A DNA stretch of 64,000 bases, from NCBI GenBank assembly GCA_973895155.1, contig OZ316891.1, forward strand, positions 4,931,708 through 4,995,707. Direction: 5' to 3'. Shown here one piece after another: positions 1-11,652 of the stretch (the first letter of the stretch is position 1; every line of letters begins with the position of its first letter). This stretch comes from Marsupella aquatica (taxonomy: Eukaryota; Plantae; Marchantiophyta). Position numbers and translations under genes: made by a program. The notes below the pieces were generated by a model. The model did not search any database and was not told the DNA's origin. It was given only the letters and a program-made list of their open reading frames with translations.

Positions 1-185
1 TCAATCATGTAGAATGTCTCATCAACTCTTAGTGAAATGCATGTATAAAATCTCATCATTCAACTGTCCATCAAACACATTCAATCATGTAGAATGTCTC
101 TTCAACTCTTAGTGAAATGCATGTATAAAATCTCATCATTCAACTCTCCATCAAACACATTCATGTAGAATGTTTCATCAACTGT
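1..185. repeat. 80-bp tandem repeat (2 full copies plus a partial; probably continues beyond the left edge)
   Basis: TCAATCATGTAGAATGTCTC...CCATCAAACACAT at 1-80 and 81-160 with few mismatches; partial third copy from 161. Confidence 0.9.
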
Positions 186-3035
186 CTCATCTCTCAATGA
201 AACATAAGTGCATCACTTCATTGCCTAAAAAGTAAAGGTGGCTTTACAATAAGTGGGGGCCGATTGATTCTTTTATTAGCTTTGAGACTAATTAGATATG
301 GACCTAATAATGAGTACCAAAGGCTGCATTGGGCTTTACGAGAACTAAGGGCCAATAAAAAGTGGTGTCTGCCAATCCTACACGGCAACGAATAGGCTCA
401 TGTAAAGTGGGTCTGTCAGGTCAAAAACTATTATAGGTATTGAATGATCCCAAATGGCACTACAGTCACTGTGTGTTTAGGAGGCAAAAATTTGCTTACC
501 TTCCACCTCTCTGAAAGTATATATCACTGATAGGGAACAAAAACTGTCAAACCCAGAAGCCAGGATCCCCAAAATTGAAATTTAGCCAATTTCCTATCTA
601 GCCACAAACCCCATTAACCAAATCTCGGGAGTTTGACAGTCATAAGATAAATTAAACTAATAAAATTACATAATGAATATTCTTCATATCTTTTCCTTCA
701 CACAAAGGACATCAAATTAATCTACTAAAACTGGATAAAAATTACTAGTGCAATAGTATATTTTCTCCTCCACACAACGTGCACTCGCCTCCCTGGCAAA
801 AAGGAAAAAAAACATTGCAATTTAGCTGACTTTCTCTCCCGTCAAGTTTTTTGTTCTCTCCGTCTTCCAGAAGCGGAAACTCGGTTTTTGTCCTCCAATA
901 GACAGTTTCTGTCTACCCACAAACTCCACTACTGTAGCTAAAACAACGCTTATCCTTAATTCTAGTGAGACTTGATGGTCATAAATTAACAACTAGGAAA
1001 GAAATCTTCTTGACATCCTCTCCTGCACACAAAGTACAGCACATTCATTTACTAAAGTTGGATACAAATATTACTACTGTATTGCAAGTGATTTTTCCCT
1101 TTACATTTTTCTGTACAGTCCTGGAGGAGAATGCGCGGTCAATATTTGGAGCATCTCTTCCAAAAGATTATACTCTACTTCTACTGAAATTTGTAGAAAT
1201 CAAAATCTCTCAGGCCGGTTAAGTGTATTAAAATCATGTTTTTTGGAGCGTTACATCACACAATGCGGTGTAAACAGTACATCACTATATTCACAAAGTT
1301 CGTTCGCCTCCCTGGCCAAAAAAATCAAAATTTAAATGAAGCTGTCTCTCCCCATCAAGTGTTTTGTTCACTGGGTCTTCCGCACTCAAAGTCTAGTAAA
1401 ATTGGTTGTCCGAGAGTCAGGCAGCCAGGATGGGGCCGGTCCGAAGTTCATTCTGACCAGGGTTAATAAATAATAAATGGCTGCCCCTCCGAAAGTCCGA
1501 AACCCTCAAATCCTCGCAACACAAGGAAAAAACAAACAAATTCTGGTTGTACAGTGCGGTTAGTCAGCTGTACTGCTGTACAGTATGGTCTTCAGTTAAT
1601 GCAGAATACTTTTTGGCGAGCTCTACTCCACCGTAGATTCAATTATGGCGGATGGCCTAGATGCTACACCAATTTCTCCCAATATGTCTGTTTACCATTC
1701 CATTTTCCGAGGTAAGTTTATGTTAGGATAAGGTGACTCCCACGGAGTGGACTAGACTATATTCTTAGTGATAGTTTTTTGTTTTGTATTGTTTTGAAAT
1801 TCTTAGTGATAGTGATTAGTAGTTCTCTTCTGTTGAGGTGTTCTTTTAGGCTAGCATAGTTTGGTTCTCATTAAAGAGCCACTAGCCATTATAAAAACAT
1901 GGTTCCACCATTTTAGTATTTTTTCCTGAAATTGAGGAGCAAAACCTCACTGTAGAGGAGAAATGTGAAAAAGGGAGAAATTTTGGACACTCCTCCTTTA
2001 TATGGCCAGTGGTGGTTTAAGAGGGAGTCACCCTTCTCAATTATGTAACCATCATTGGGCCTGCAGGAGTTTTGGGGGGCTTTGAGGGTGATTACTTTCC
2101 TTGCTGGACCCTTGCCCTTGCGGGTGTTAGTTCTCGGCCTGGCTTGGCCTTTGTGGTGATTTGGATTATATGCCCGGATTTGTTTTTAGTAGATGGCCTT
2201 TCTTGGTCCCCCTCCCGCGAGTTTCACGTGGAAAAACAATTTTAATGAAAAAGGAAAGAAATAGTGGGATTGCAAATTATAAGGGCTTAAATTAAATAGG
2301 ACTATCTTAGAAAAATAAAGAAACTTATGTATATATAGAGAGAAATAAAGAAAAACTGCCATGAGACTCACATTACAATAACATTTTGTAAAGTAACAGA
2401 AAATAAAAGAAATATGGCATATTATAGTGGAAAATGATGCTCACATGGACCACAACATTAGTCTTTTGAAACCCCCATGGACCATAGTTCCCAAAATTTG
2501 AGTTTAATTATAATAACTTGATGTTCATATATGCAAATATTGTTTAGTTTTGAGTATGATTCTGCTAGTTGGGTAGGTAAGCTAAACTTTCATCAAAGGG
2601 GAGCAAATTTTTGGCCATTTTGGTTGAATTATTCAACATAGAATGCAAAGGGGTAAATTTTGTTAAATGGATTTTCATTGTGGTACTATGAAATATTAAG
2701 GCTTGTGTTTGAAAACTAAAAAATATTTTAGAATTCATAACAATCAAATTATAATCCCCAAACTCCCATGGACCACCAAAATGTGGTCCACGGGAGCACT
2801 ATGTCCAACATGGAGGTCCATCCGGGCTTCACTTTCTGTTATAGCATTTAGATTAGATTGTCATTGTAGAAGAAAAATATACAAAACTAAATAAATATAT
2901 GGATGTTTATCAATCTGCCACTACAGCTTCCGGCCATATTGACATTTGGTAACCAGACATTGAAAAAGAAACATTACACAATTGTCATTTTTATATAGAT
3001 TGGTTATTTTTGAATCACTAGCCCCATGACCTGAT

Positions 3036-3209
3036 GAGGTATTTGCTTGATCGACCCCAAAATGAAACTTGTTACTTCATCGACCCCCTGAGGTCTATGG
3101 ACGGCCCAGATCTGAGATCGAAAAGTCCATCAACAGTCCAGATTGGAAAAAGTATCGAGGGGGTTGATTAAACTTTTTCCAGAAGGGGGTCTACACAAGC
3201 ATATCCCTC
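3036..3209. mobile_element. Mutator-like MITE (174 bp)
   Basis: Imperfect TIRs GAGGTATTTGCTTGATCGACCCC and (reverse complement) GAGGGATATGCTTGTGTAGACCCC; 9-bp flanking duplication TGACCTGAT (3027-3035) / TGACCCGAT (3210-3218). Confidence 0.7.
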
Positions 3210-4064
3210 TGACCCGATCCCCAGGCCCGATCCTTGAATGTAAATAGATATGAAGAAGAATCTTAAACAATAAAATTTATATGCTCTTTTTATTAGTCTT
3301 TGCCCCATTGTCTTTTTTGTCCATCCTCATTAGAATTTTATCTTTATTTAGAGTCAATGCCACTTTGTCTATCCTCATTTAAATTTGTTGACCTTATAAA
3401 TTGAACTTTTATCTCTATTGGGAGTTGTGGTCTAGAGGCTTCACTCTAGGCCTACTGTAGGCCCTTAATAGTAGGCATCAATTGCTGCTTTTATAATACT
3501 AGCCCTGACTATGGTTCTTCGAACGTGAATACTAGCGAAGAGGACAATACAAATATTATCAAAATATATTCTCTATTCTAATTCTTTGAAGGTTAATGAA
3601 ATGGAAAGAACCTATCATTTTAATAGTCATATATAATATACCATCAATCTTTGTATGCACATCCTTCTTTCTATGCACATATGTTGTGGTGGGGCCATGG
3701 TGCCGAATACTTAGAAATTATCACAAAAAACTTGCATGTACCAATTGACATACATCATGCTATCATAGTCATGAGTTTTTCCCATACACATGAGGATTTT
3801 CCCATGCACATGATGACCACGGAGTTATGATCTAGAGGCTTCACTCTAGACCTAGGCTCTTAAGAGTATACTTCAGTTGACGCTTTTATAATAAGACTAG
3901 CCCGATGAGCCATTCCTTGAACCTAAATAGATATGAAGGAAACTTTTGCACAATACAATTTATATGTTATTTTGGTTAGTCTTTGACTCATCCTTAGTCA
4001 ATGTCCCTGTTGTGTATCCTCATTTAAAATTTTGATTTTATTAATTTTATTTAGCTTTTAAGTA

Positions 4065-4259
4065 CATTGTCACTAAAGATATTTGAATTTATAATATTGT
4101 CACTATTTTTTTTGTATTTACAAAAATGTCAAGGTTTTTGTATATAGTTCCCGTAGTTACCTTGGTAAACTTGTTATCCGTATACAAAATAATGATATTT
4201 TTATAAATACCAAAAAAATTGTGACAATATTATGAATTAGAACATCTTTAATGACAAAG
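4065..4259. mobile_element. Tc1/mariner (Stowaway-type) MITE
   Basis: About 49-bp imperfect TIRs (CATTGTCACTAAAGATATTTGAATTTATAATATTGTCAC vs reverse complement CTTTGTCATTAAAGATGTTCTAATTCATAATATTGTCAC) flanked by TA on both sides; AT-rich. Confidence 0.7.
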
Positions 4260-4384
4260 TAATCAAATAATCTCATTGTCAGCCTGAGTTATGGTCTAGA
4301 GATTTCACTCTAGACCTAGAGTCTTAAAAGTAGATTGTAATTGGTGTTTTTATAGTAAGACTAGCCCAATGCCCGTGCGTTGCA

Positions 4385-5720
4385 CGAAAGATGTCGAGGT
4401 GAAAAAAGATGTCGAGGAGAGAAAAGATGTTGAGATGATAAAAGATGTCGAGGAGAGAAAAGATGTTGAGGTGAGCAAAAGATGTCGAGGTGATAGAAGA
4501 TGTTGAGGTGATAGAAAAGATGTCAAGGTGATAAAAGATGTCGAGGAGAAAAAAGATGTTGAGGTGAGCAAAAGATGTCGAGGTGATAGAAGATGTCGAG
4601 GAGAGAAAAGATGTCGAGGCGATAAAAGATGTCAAGGAGCGAAAAGATGTTGAGGAGAGAAAAGATGTCGAGGTGAGAATAATGTCGAGGTGAGGAAAAG
4701 ATGTTGAGATGATAAATGAAGTAGAGGAGAGGAAAAGATGTCAAAGAGAGAAAAGATATTGAGGAGAGAAATAGATGTTGAGATGAGAAAAAAATTGAGG
4801 AGAGAAAATATGTCTAGGTGAACAAAAGATGTTGAGGAGAGAAACGTGTGCAAAGGAGAGAAAAAGATTTTGAGCAGAAAAAGATGTAAAGTAGAGCAAC
4901 AGATTTTGAGGTGAGAAAATAAACTTGACACTTTTTCCACCCCTTGCCTAGGACCGGACGGGGCAAGATGAAGCCTCTCCCTCCCTCTTTTCTCATCCAT
5001 GTGCCCCCCCTTCCCCTTTCTCCTTGCCTCTCCCCCTCTTTGCTTTGCTTCCAAGGCTTTCTTTGGGACAATAAAAGTCAAATTTTGTGAGACAATTGTG
5101 ATGAAAACCATAGAAATATTTGTCATAGTTTATGGGTGTGAAGTCTCATTATTTTGGCACAATATATATATATATACAAATAGCCCGATGCCCATGCGTT
5201 GCCCAGAAGATGTTGAGGTGAGAAAAAACCATTGAGGTGAGGATATCGAGGAGATAAAAAGATGCTGAGATGAGAAAAATATGTGGAGGAGAGAAAAAGA
5301 TGTTGAGGTGAGAAAAATGTTCAATGAGAGAAAAAAAATGTCAAGGTGAGAAAATGATATTAAGGTGAGGAAATCATGTCCATGAGAGAAAAAAAATGTG
5401 AAAATGAAAATATGATGCTGAGATGAGAAGAGATGCCAAAGATAAAATATCTCAAGAAGAGAAAATATATCAAGGTGCATGAGAAAATGCTGAGGTGATA
5501 AAAGATGTTGAGGAGAAAAAAAGTGCAGAGAGGAAAGATGGCAAGGTGAGAAAAAGATGTCAATGTGAGATTGAAAAGAACACTGGGGTGAGGAAAATAT
5601 CTCAAGGAGAGAAAATATGTCAATATGATAAAAAGTAGTTGAGGAGATAAAAAGATGTCAAGGTGAGAAAAATATGTCAAGGCGAGAAAAATTGTCAAGT
5701 TGAGGCAAAGATATTGAGGC
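4385..5720. repeat. Purine-rich ~19-21 bp minisatellite (GAAAAGATGTCGAGGAGA-like) in two blocks, ~4385-4900 and ~5205-5720
   Basis: Dozens of AAAGATGT(C/T)GAGG(T/A)GA units. The first block is homogeneous and the second more degenerate; each starts just inside a Helitron-like 3' end. Confidence 0.9.
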
Positions 5721-6609
5721 AATGTATGTCCCAAGGTGCTATTGTGAAAGCAATGTTGTGGCAAGGGTGAGAGCTTGGGAGGGAACGCAAGACAGGGGGC
5801 GGCTGGGGTGTTATAGGGTCAAGTGTGGTCGCCCTTAGCTATATGGAGGGAGATAAATTCACATTTTTTTCCTTTTTTCTTCAATCTCCTCTTCTGTGCC
5901 TTTCCTTTCTCTCCTTCCAGTCTCCCATCCTGGCTCTTTGGCACCCTCCCTCCCTTCCAACATGATTAAGAAAGAGAAGAAGAATCAACATGGAGCAAAA
6001 GATAAATGATCTCTCAGAAAAATGAAAATCTCTCTTCTCCTTAGCAAAAAAACAAAACAAATATGATACCAATGTTATGCACATGTCATTTTTGAAAGTA
6101 GTTAGCCAGCACATGTAGTTTGTAAACACCTACTTTAAGAGCAAAAATATCCATGGTATTCACTTCCATAGGTGATCCCTTTCACTCAATCCAAGGGTGT
6201 CAAAATCATTGAAATATATTGATGGTATTGGTTTGTTCCTTCCCTTTCCACTTTTGTAGATTGCACTAACTCTTTGAGATGGGATAGTTTTTTATAATGT
6301 GATTTGAAATATGATATATATAGAAACCCATTGCCCTAACTTGCATTGCACATTTGTCCTTTTTAACCATTTTATTGTTACAATCATTTATCACTCCGGC
6401 CATTTCGTTGTTGGGACCATTTTATTCTTGGGGCCATTGTGTCTTTGGTCAATAAGGTTATTGCAATAAAGAATATAGGATTGAATGTTAATGTACCCTG
6501 GAAAAAGTACTTTATAGAGATTAGAAAAAAAAACAATGTTTTCACTACTCCTAGTAGACTTAATTTTTTTCCACTTTCCTATAAATCATCCCTTTTGAAC
6601 TCACAATCT

Positions 6610-9600
6610 AGGCCCCCTCCCTCCTCTTGGGATTGGTTGGCTCACCTTGATGTCCTTGCTGCCCTCTATCCCGGTTTTCGGCATCCCTGTTTGTTTACTA
6701 GGATTCTCGTGCCCGTGCGGCCTCTCCTTCAGAGAGCCTTTCGTCTTCCCTTCGACCGCTTGGCTCGCGACCCCTCAGATGTTGGGGCTTGGTCCTTGCT
6801 CCTCCTGCTCCCTCATTGGGTGCTGGTCCTTCCACCGCGGGGGGGGCCGTCCGGGCATAGGGACACCTTGGTCCGGTTGCAGCGGTTCCTTTCTGGGGAT
6901 TGGGCTTCACTTCATGAGGAGTATTACCATAGGTTGTTAGCGTTGGCCTCTCGGACCTCTGAGCCAGTCGAGGAGCCATCTGCCCCTCCAGGGCAGCGTC
7001 GGCTTTGCCAGTGCCTTCTTTTGGGGCAGGCGGGGGAGTTTTCTCGGGCCGCTCGCTCCTTGGTCCCCCTCTCCCCCTCTCCTCCATCAGCCGAGACAGT
7101 TCTTGCCTTACGGTCTCTTCATCCCCCGGCTGCATCCGAGGTTCCTTGTTTTCTCGGGAGCTTTACCCCTGAGACCGAGTTCTCCCTATCCCGTGAGGTA
7201 TTCTCCTCTGTCTTCCTTCATCTACCCCGCCTATCCGCGGGCGGGATTTCTGGGATGAGGTTCGAGCACCTACGCGATTGCTTTTGTCCCGACGCCTCGG
7301 CATCTGGTTTTTCTGAGTTGTTCCAGGTTTGTGCCCATGTCGCGGGGGGCCGTATTCCTCCCGTGGTCGCTCGGCTTTTGGGGGCCTGTCGGCTTCTGGC
7401 TATGGCCAAAGAGACTGGGGGTGTCAGGCCCTTGGCCATTGGGGAGGTCTTGTTTCGCTTGGTGAGCCGTTGTGTTTGTCTGCAAACTCGGGCTCCCTTT
7501 TCGTCACACTTTTTTCCTCACCAGTTTGGTGTGGCCACCCCTGGCGGTTGCGAGAGTGTGGTGCATGGCCTTCATGCCATCTTGGATATCCACCCCGACT
7601 GGGCGGTTATTCAGGTGGATGTGGCTAATGCATTCAACTCTGTATCCCGTCGGGTCATGTTTGAGGAGTTGCGGGCCGCTGGAGGGGAGATCGCATCCCT
7701 CATCCCCTTTGCCCGGGCCTTCTATGGGGCCCCGACCCCCTGGTTTACCCTGACCATCTGGTTCCTGGGTCCTATGTGACCATCTCATCCGAGTCCGGGA
7801 CTAGGCAGGGTGACCCCCTTGGTGGGGCGTTGTTTGCTATGGCGCACCTTCGTGCTATTCGTGCCTCTTCGGATGCCTTCCCGGGTTGCATGTTTCCTTC
7901 TGTTGCGGATGACACTCACATTGTTGCCCCGGTCTCGCTTGTTGGGGACGCCTATTCCCACTTTGTGGACCAGCTTACCCTTATTGGTCTTTCAGTCCAG
8001 CCTTGGAAGTGTGGGGTTTGGTCTCGTCTCCCCCTCCCCCACTCTTTCACCCCACCTCTTGGTATACCCATTCGGCTCGAGGGCATTAGAGTCCTTGGGG
8101 TGCCTTTTGGGGGAGCGGTCTTTGAGCAGGATTTTCTTCTTGCGGCCCTATCCCAGGACGTTTTGCATATTGACCAGTGGGCGTCCTTGGGGGATGCCCA
8201 GATCTCCTTTTTGATCTTGGTCCTTTGTTTTGTTCGGCGTCCTTCCTATCTTCTCCGGACAGTCCCTCCTACCGCGATGTTCCTGTCCTTACTCTCTTCA
8301 TTTGACACCACTGTGATGAGAGTCTTTGGTCACCTCATTGGTCCGGGAGCCCTTGATGGAGAGGATGGTTCTTTTGCGGCTAGGCAGGCTGCGTTACCCC
8401 CATCGGGAGGGGGTATGGGGGTGGCCTCGGCTGTGGACACTGCCCCTTGCGCGTTTCTTGGTAGTTGGGCGCAGGTGGCCCCTGCCCTGGCCTCACGTTT
8501 CATTGTGGACCTTCGGCCTATCCTCTCTGACTCGGTCATGGGAGTGGAGAACGGAGCTCTCCCTTTTCAGGTCCAGCTTCGTCATGCACGGTCATTATTG
8601 CCGGAGGACGTGCAGAGCGTGGTCCCTGCTTTCGAGGGAGTTGTTATGGACAGCCCGGATTGAGTCCAACAGGTGATTTCTGATCGCATGCACCGACACA
8701 CCCTTTCCAGCATGCTTTCTGAGGCACCCTCGGATTTGGTACGGGCTCGTCTTTTATCCGGTTCGGGCGTTGGTTCGGGGGCTTGGCTATCGGCGAGTCC
8801 TCTTTGGGCCCCCTTTCGTATGAGTTCTTTTATTTTTACCACATCCACGCGCCTTCGGTTGGGTCTTCCTCACCCTTGCCTCTTGGGTCAGCCCACTTGC
8901 GTCTGTGGTGCGCCCCTTGATGGGCAAGGCATTCACATTCTCAGGTGCGGTCATGGTAGTGAGAGGACTGCGACACACGACGACATTCGGGACGTGGTGG
9001 CGGCCATTGCCCGTGATTCTGGTTACCATGTCATGATGGAGCAGAGACATGTGTTACCTCCACGGGATGGGGTTTCTGATCACCGTCGTGCAGATTTGGT
9101 ATTCTCTCGCGCTGGTGTTCGTGCCCTTGGGGATGTCGTTGTTGCTGATCCGACTAGTGGGGCCAACGTGGCGGCTCATATACCTGGCCATGCCGCCGTG
9201 AGGGCAGCTCGGCTGAAGGAGGAGGCCTATGCTGTGCGGTACCCCGGGGACCTCTTCTACCCGTTTGCCGTGGAGGTCTTTGGGGCGCTACACCCATCCT
9301 TTGACCGTTTTCTTCGCTCTTGCGCAGTTCAGTACGTCGAGCGGAGGCCCTATCCCCCTGTGTCGGTAATCACTGCATTCTTTAGACAGAGGGTGTCTGT
9401 TGCGCTTCAGCGGGCACAGGCGTTCACTATTCTTCGTAGGGGGGAGACTGTTGGTCTTAGGGCCGCTAGTAGGATTCCTTTGCTTGACCCCCCCATGCAG
9501 TTCACACCGGAGCTTTACCAGGCTCTCCAGTTTGCTGATAGGTAGGCGTTTGGGTTCCTGTCTTTGGGTTTGCTTTTCTTGGCCCCTTGGTGGTTTCCCC

Positions 9601-9720
9601 CCTTGATTGGGTCTTTTGCCTGTGGGATCATGTCTCCCGGTTCGGCGCCCTCTGTTTTTTGGCAGTTTGATATCAACTAATTTGTATTGTACATTGTCTA
9701 TACTTCTTACTTTCCGTGAA
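6610..9720 (+). mobile_element. CRE-like non-LTR retrotransposon (RT + CCHC knuckle + restriction-like endonuclease), 5'-truncated, with one frameshift and one stop
   Basis: ORFs 6439-7779, 7776-8663 and 8673-9545 join into one protein. RT motifs: GGVRPLAIGE, HQFGV, DVANAFNSVSR, GTRQGDPL, SVADDTHI, GIRVLG, GGMG. Then C-x-C...H-x3-C (CVC...HILRC), HDDIRD, RRADL...GDVVVADP and AVEVFG...QRAQA. Sharp GC-rich block against AT-rich flanks. Both ends approximate. Confidence 0.9.
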
Positions 9721-10749
9721 TGGGGCAATCATGTGGGGTCTACTTAGATTTTCTTGTCAGACCCATCTACCCATGATAGTCACATGTCAACTCAATTCCC
9801 AATGACCTTTTTCTAGATGTTTGTATATGAGTCTAGGTGTGGGTGGAAGCCCATGGATCCGTGCCTCAGGCTAGGACAAACTCTTTATTCTTCCTTACAC
9901 AGATCTGATGGGCAGGAAATTTAAGTTTTAAATCCAATGGTCATAATGAGTTCCCTCCAAAAGTGATTTTGTAAGTGGACGATGAACACCAAAAAAACGG
10001 GATTGTATATTATAGTAAGTAGATAATAAGTACAAGTCAAATTATTATATTTTATATTTATATATAATTTAATATGTACCTGCACGTGACTGTACACTAC
10101 GTGCAGTGGGAGCTACGGTACCGGTAACTCGTAGTTGAAATACAGCTATGGTATCACCGAACTCGGCAGCTCAGAATGGAGAACTTCTCGGAACGTGTCT
10201 GTCATCGTTGTTCGAATATGCGTGAATTGATTGAAGACTTCCGCTGCACATGATCACCATGAAATACTCAGTCAATACCCAGAGTGCTCGCCGCCCTCTC
10301 ACCAACTTCGCCTCGCAGGAGACGCAGTCAGCAACGCAGGAGGCAGAGGAAGCAAACACAGTAGTGCTGCACGTCAACTCACTTCAAGGAACAATGTTGG
10401 CATCCACCTACACTCAGGACGAGATGATCCATTGCTCACACTGTGCAGCGCAGGAGTACGAGATCGGTTCAGCGAGGGAGTAGGAGATCGGTTCATTGCT
10501 GCGATTCGAGGATTGCTGTGTTGAGAAGTGGAGGTAGCTGGAGTGTTTGGGACTGCAACGGCCAAGACGGTGAGGTATAGGAGAATGCTCTGGTTTCGGT
10601 GTTCTTTGTGTGTCGGTGATGGTCAATGTCGTTATTGCGACGATCGTGTGATGGCATTGTTGTTTTATCAGAACTGGGTTCTTTAGTTGAGTTTTATTTG
10701 ATCAGGCAAGATTTCCCAGAGGTAGAGTAGGACTGAACGCGACACAGAG

Positions 10750-11140
10750 AGTAAATCATATGCAGTCCTGTGAATCTAGCTGGGCAATGGAACGAAAGCA
10801 GATTGAGATCATGGTGATCAAAACAATGAAGGTTGGTCCAAATTCAGTGCTGGGCCAGCCAATGTGCAAGAACTTTCAAACGCAGAGCAAGGGGCAGAAT
10901 GACGTAGTAAATCATATGTATTCCTCTCAATCTGCTGCGATCGAGATAATGGCGATCTTCACAGGGAAGGTTGCTCATCATTGAGGGATGGCCCCACCAA
11001 TGTGCACGAACCTCCAAAAGCAGAGTGAGGAAAGAGTGATGACGGACTTTGAAACTTAGCAGGAGGCAGAGTAAATCTCATGGCGTCCTGTGAATTTGCC
11101 TGACTAAGAGAATAGACGGTGTTCGAGATCATCTTGAGCA
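10750..11140. repeat. Degenerate ~160-bp triplication upstream of the PLC-like CDS
   Basis: GTAAATC(A/T)(T/C)ATG...TCCT...GAGAT motif at about 10752, 10906 and 11071. Confidence 0.5.
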
Positions 11141-11652
11141 CATCGAGCGAAGTTTACTGAGATTGAGTGGCACCTACTGTTGTTAGCAAAATGATAGGGA
11201 CAAAACTCGGGCCCCGAGGTCACGACACAGGGAGACAATATTGGGAGCACAGAACAGAGAACAGGGAGACCAGAAAGCTGCCCAGGACTAAACTAACTAA
11301 GAATGGTAGGCTCACATTTAATGGTTAGAAGAGATCACGGGTTGATTTGTAGATATTGTCGCCCAGAGAGCTATGGATGCCTTCGTGATCTGTTTTAGTC
11401 GGTCCAGAATGGAGGTCCCAGAATTAGGTGCACCGGCAAGTTGCCTTGTCTGTCCAGAGAATTGCCTGGACCGGTGCTGACACTGATACAGGACCAGTGG
11501 AATCGAGCCGCGCCGACGAGACCATTGACTGCGAGTTACCGCCTTTTCGGATGTTATCAACCCTTGCCCAATAGTCTTCTGATTTTCGATTCACTGTTGG
11601 AATGAACTTGCTTGGGCAACAGGTGGCGAGCTCGGAGCTTTGAAATACAACA

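Larger units (their letters stand above)
3018..5960 (-). mobile_element. Head-to-tail array of non-autonomous Helitron-like units
   Basis: At 4361-4388 the minus strand reads TTCGTGCAACGCACGGGCATTGGGCTAG, a canonical plant Helitron 3' end (CGTGC-AAC-GCACG hairpin plus CTAG), followed directly by TCTTACTATAAAA (Helitron-type 5' TC end). Related CTAGCCC ends occur at 3018, 3499 and 3897, with a degenerate one at about 5180. The right boundary is uncertain. Confidence 0.65.

Noticed and set aside
1732-2032. Possible MITE with GGTGACTCCC/GGGAGTCACC ends
   Set aside because: Only a 10-bp inverted repeat and no matching TSD.
2763-2795. Hairpin CTCCCATGGACCAC-N6-GTGGTCCACGGGAG; one arm recurs at ~38945
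   Set aside because: Probably a TE terminal fragment, but boundaries and TSD could not be defined.
4324-5764. Low-complexity ORFs (STSF/LDIF repeats) on the minus strand
   Set aside because: Translation artefacts of the minisatellite.
6439-6610. N-terminal part of the 446-aa ORF as the element's real start
   Set aside because: AT-rich flank that happens to be open in frame; element-like composition starts only at ~6610.
10081-10106. G-box/ABRE-like pair TGCACGTG...TACGTGCA upstream of the PLC-like gene
   Set aside because: Short motifs are common by chance and the TSS is unknown.
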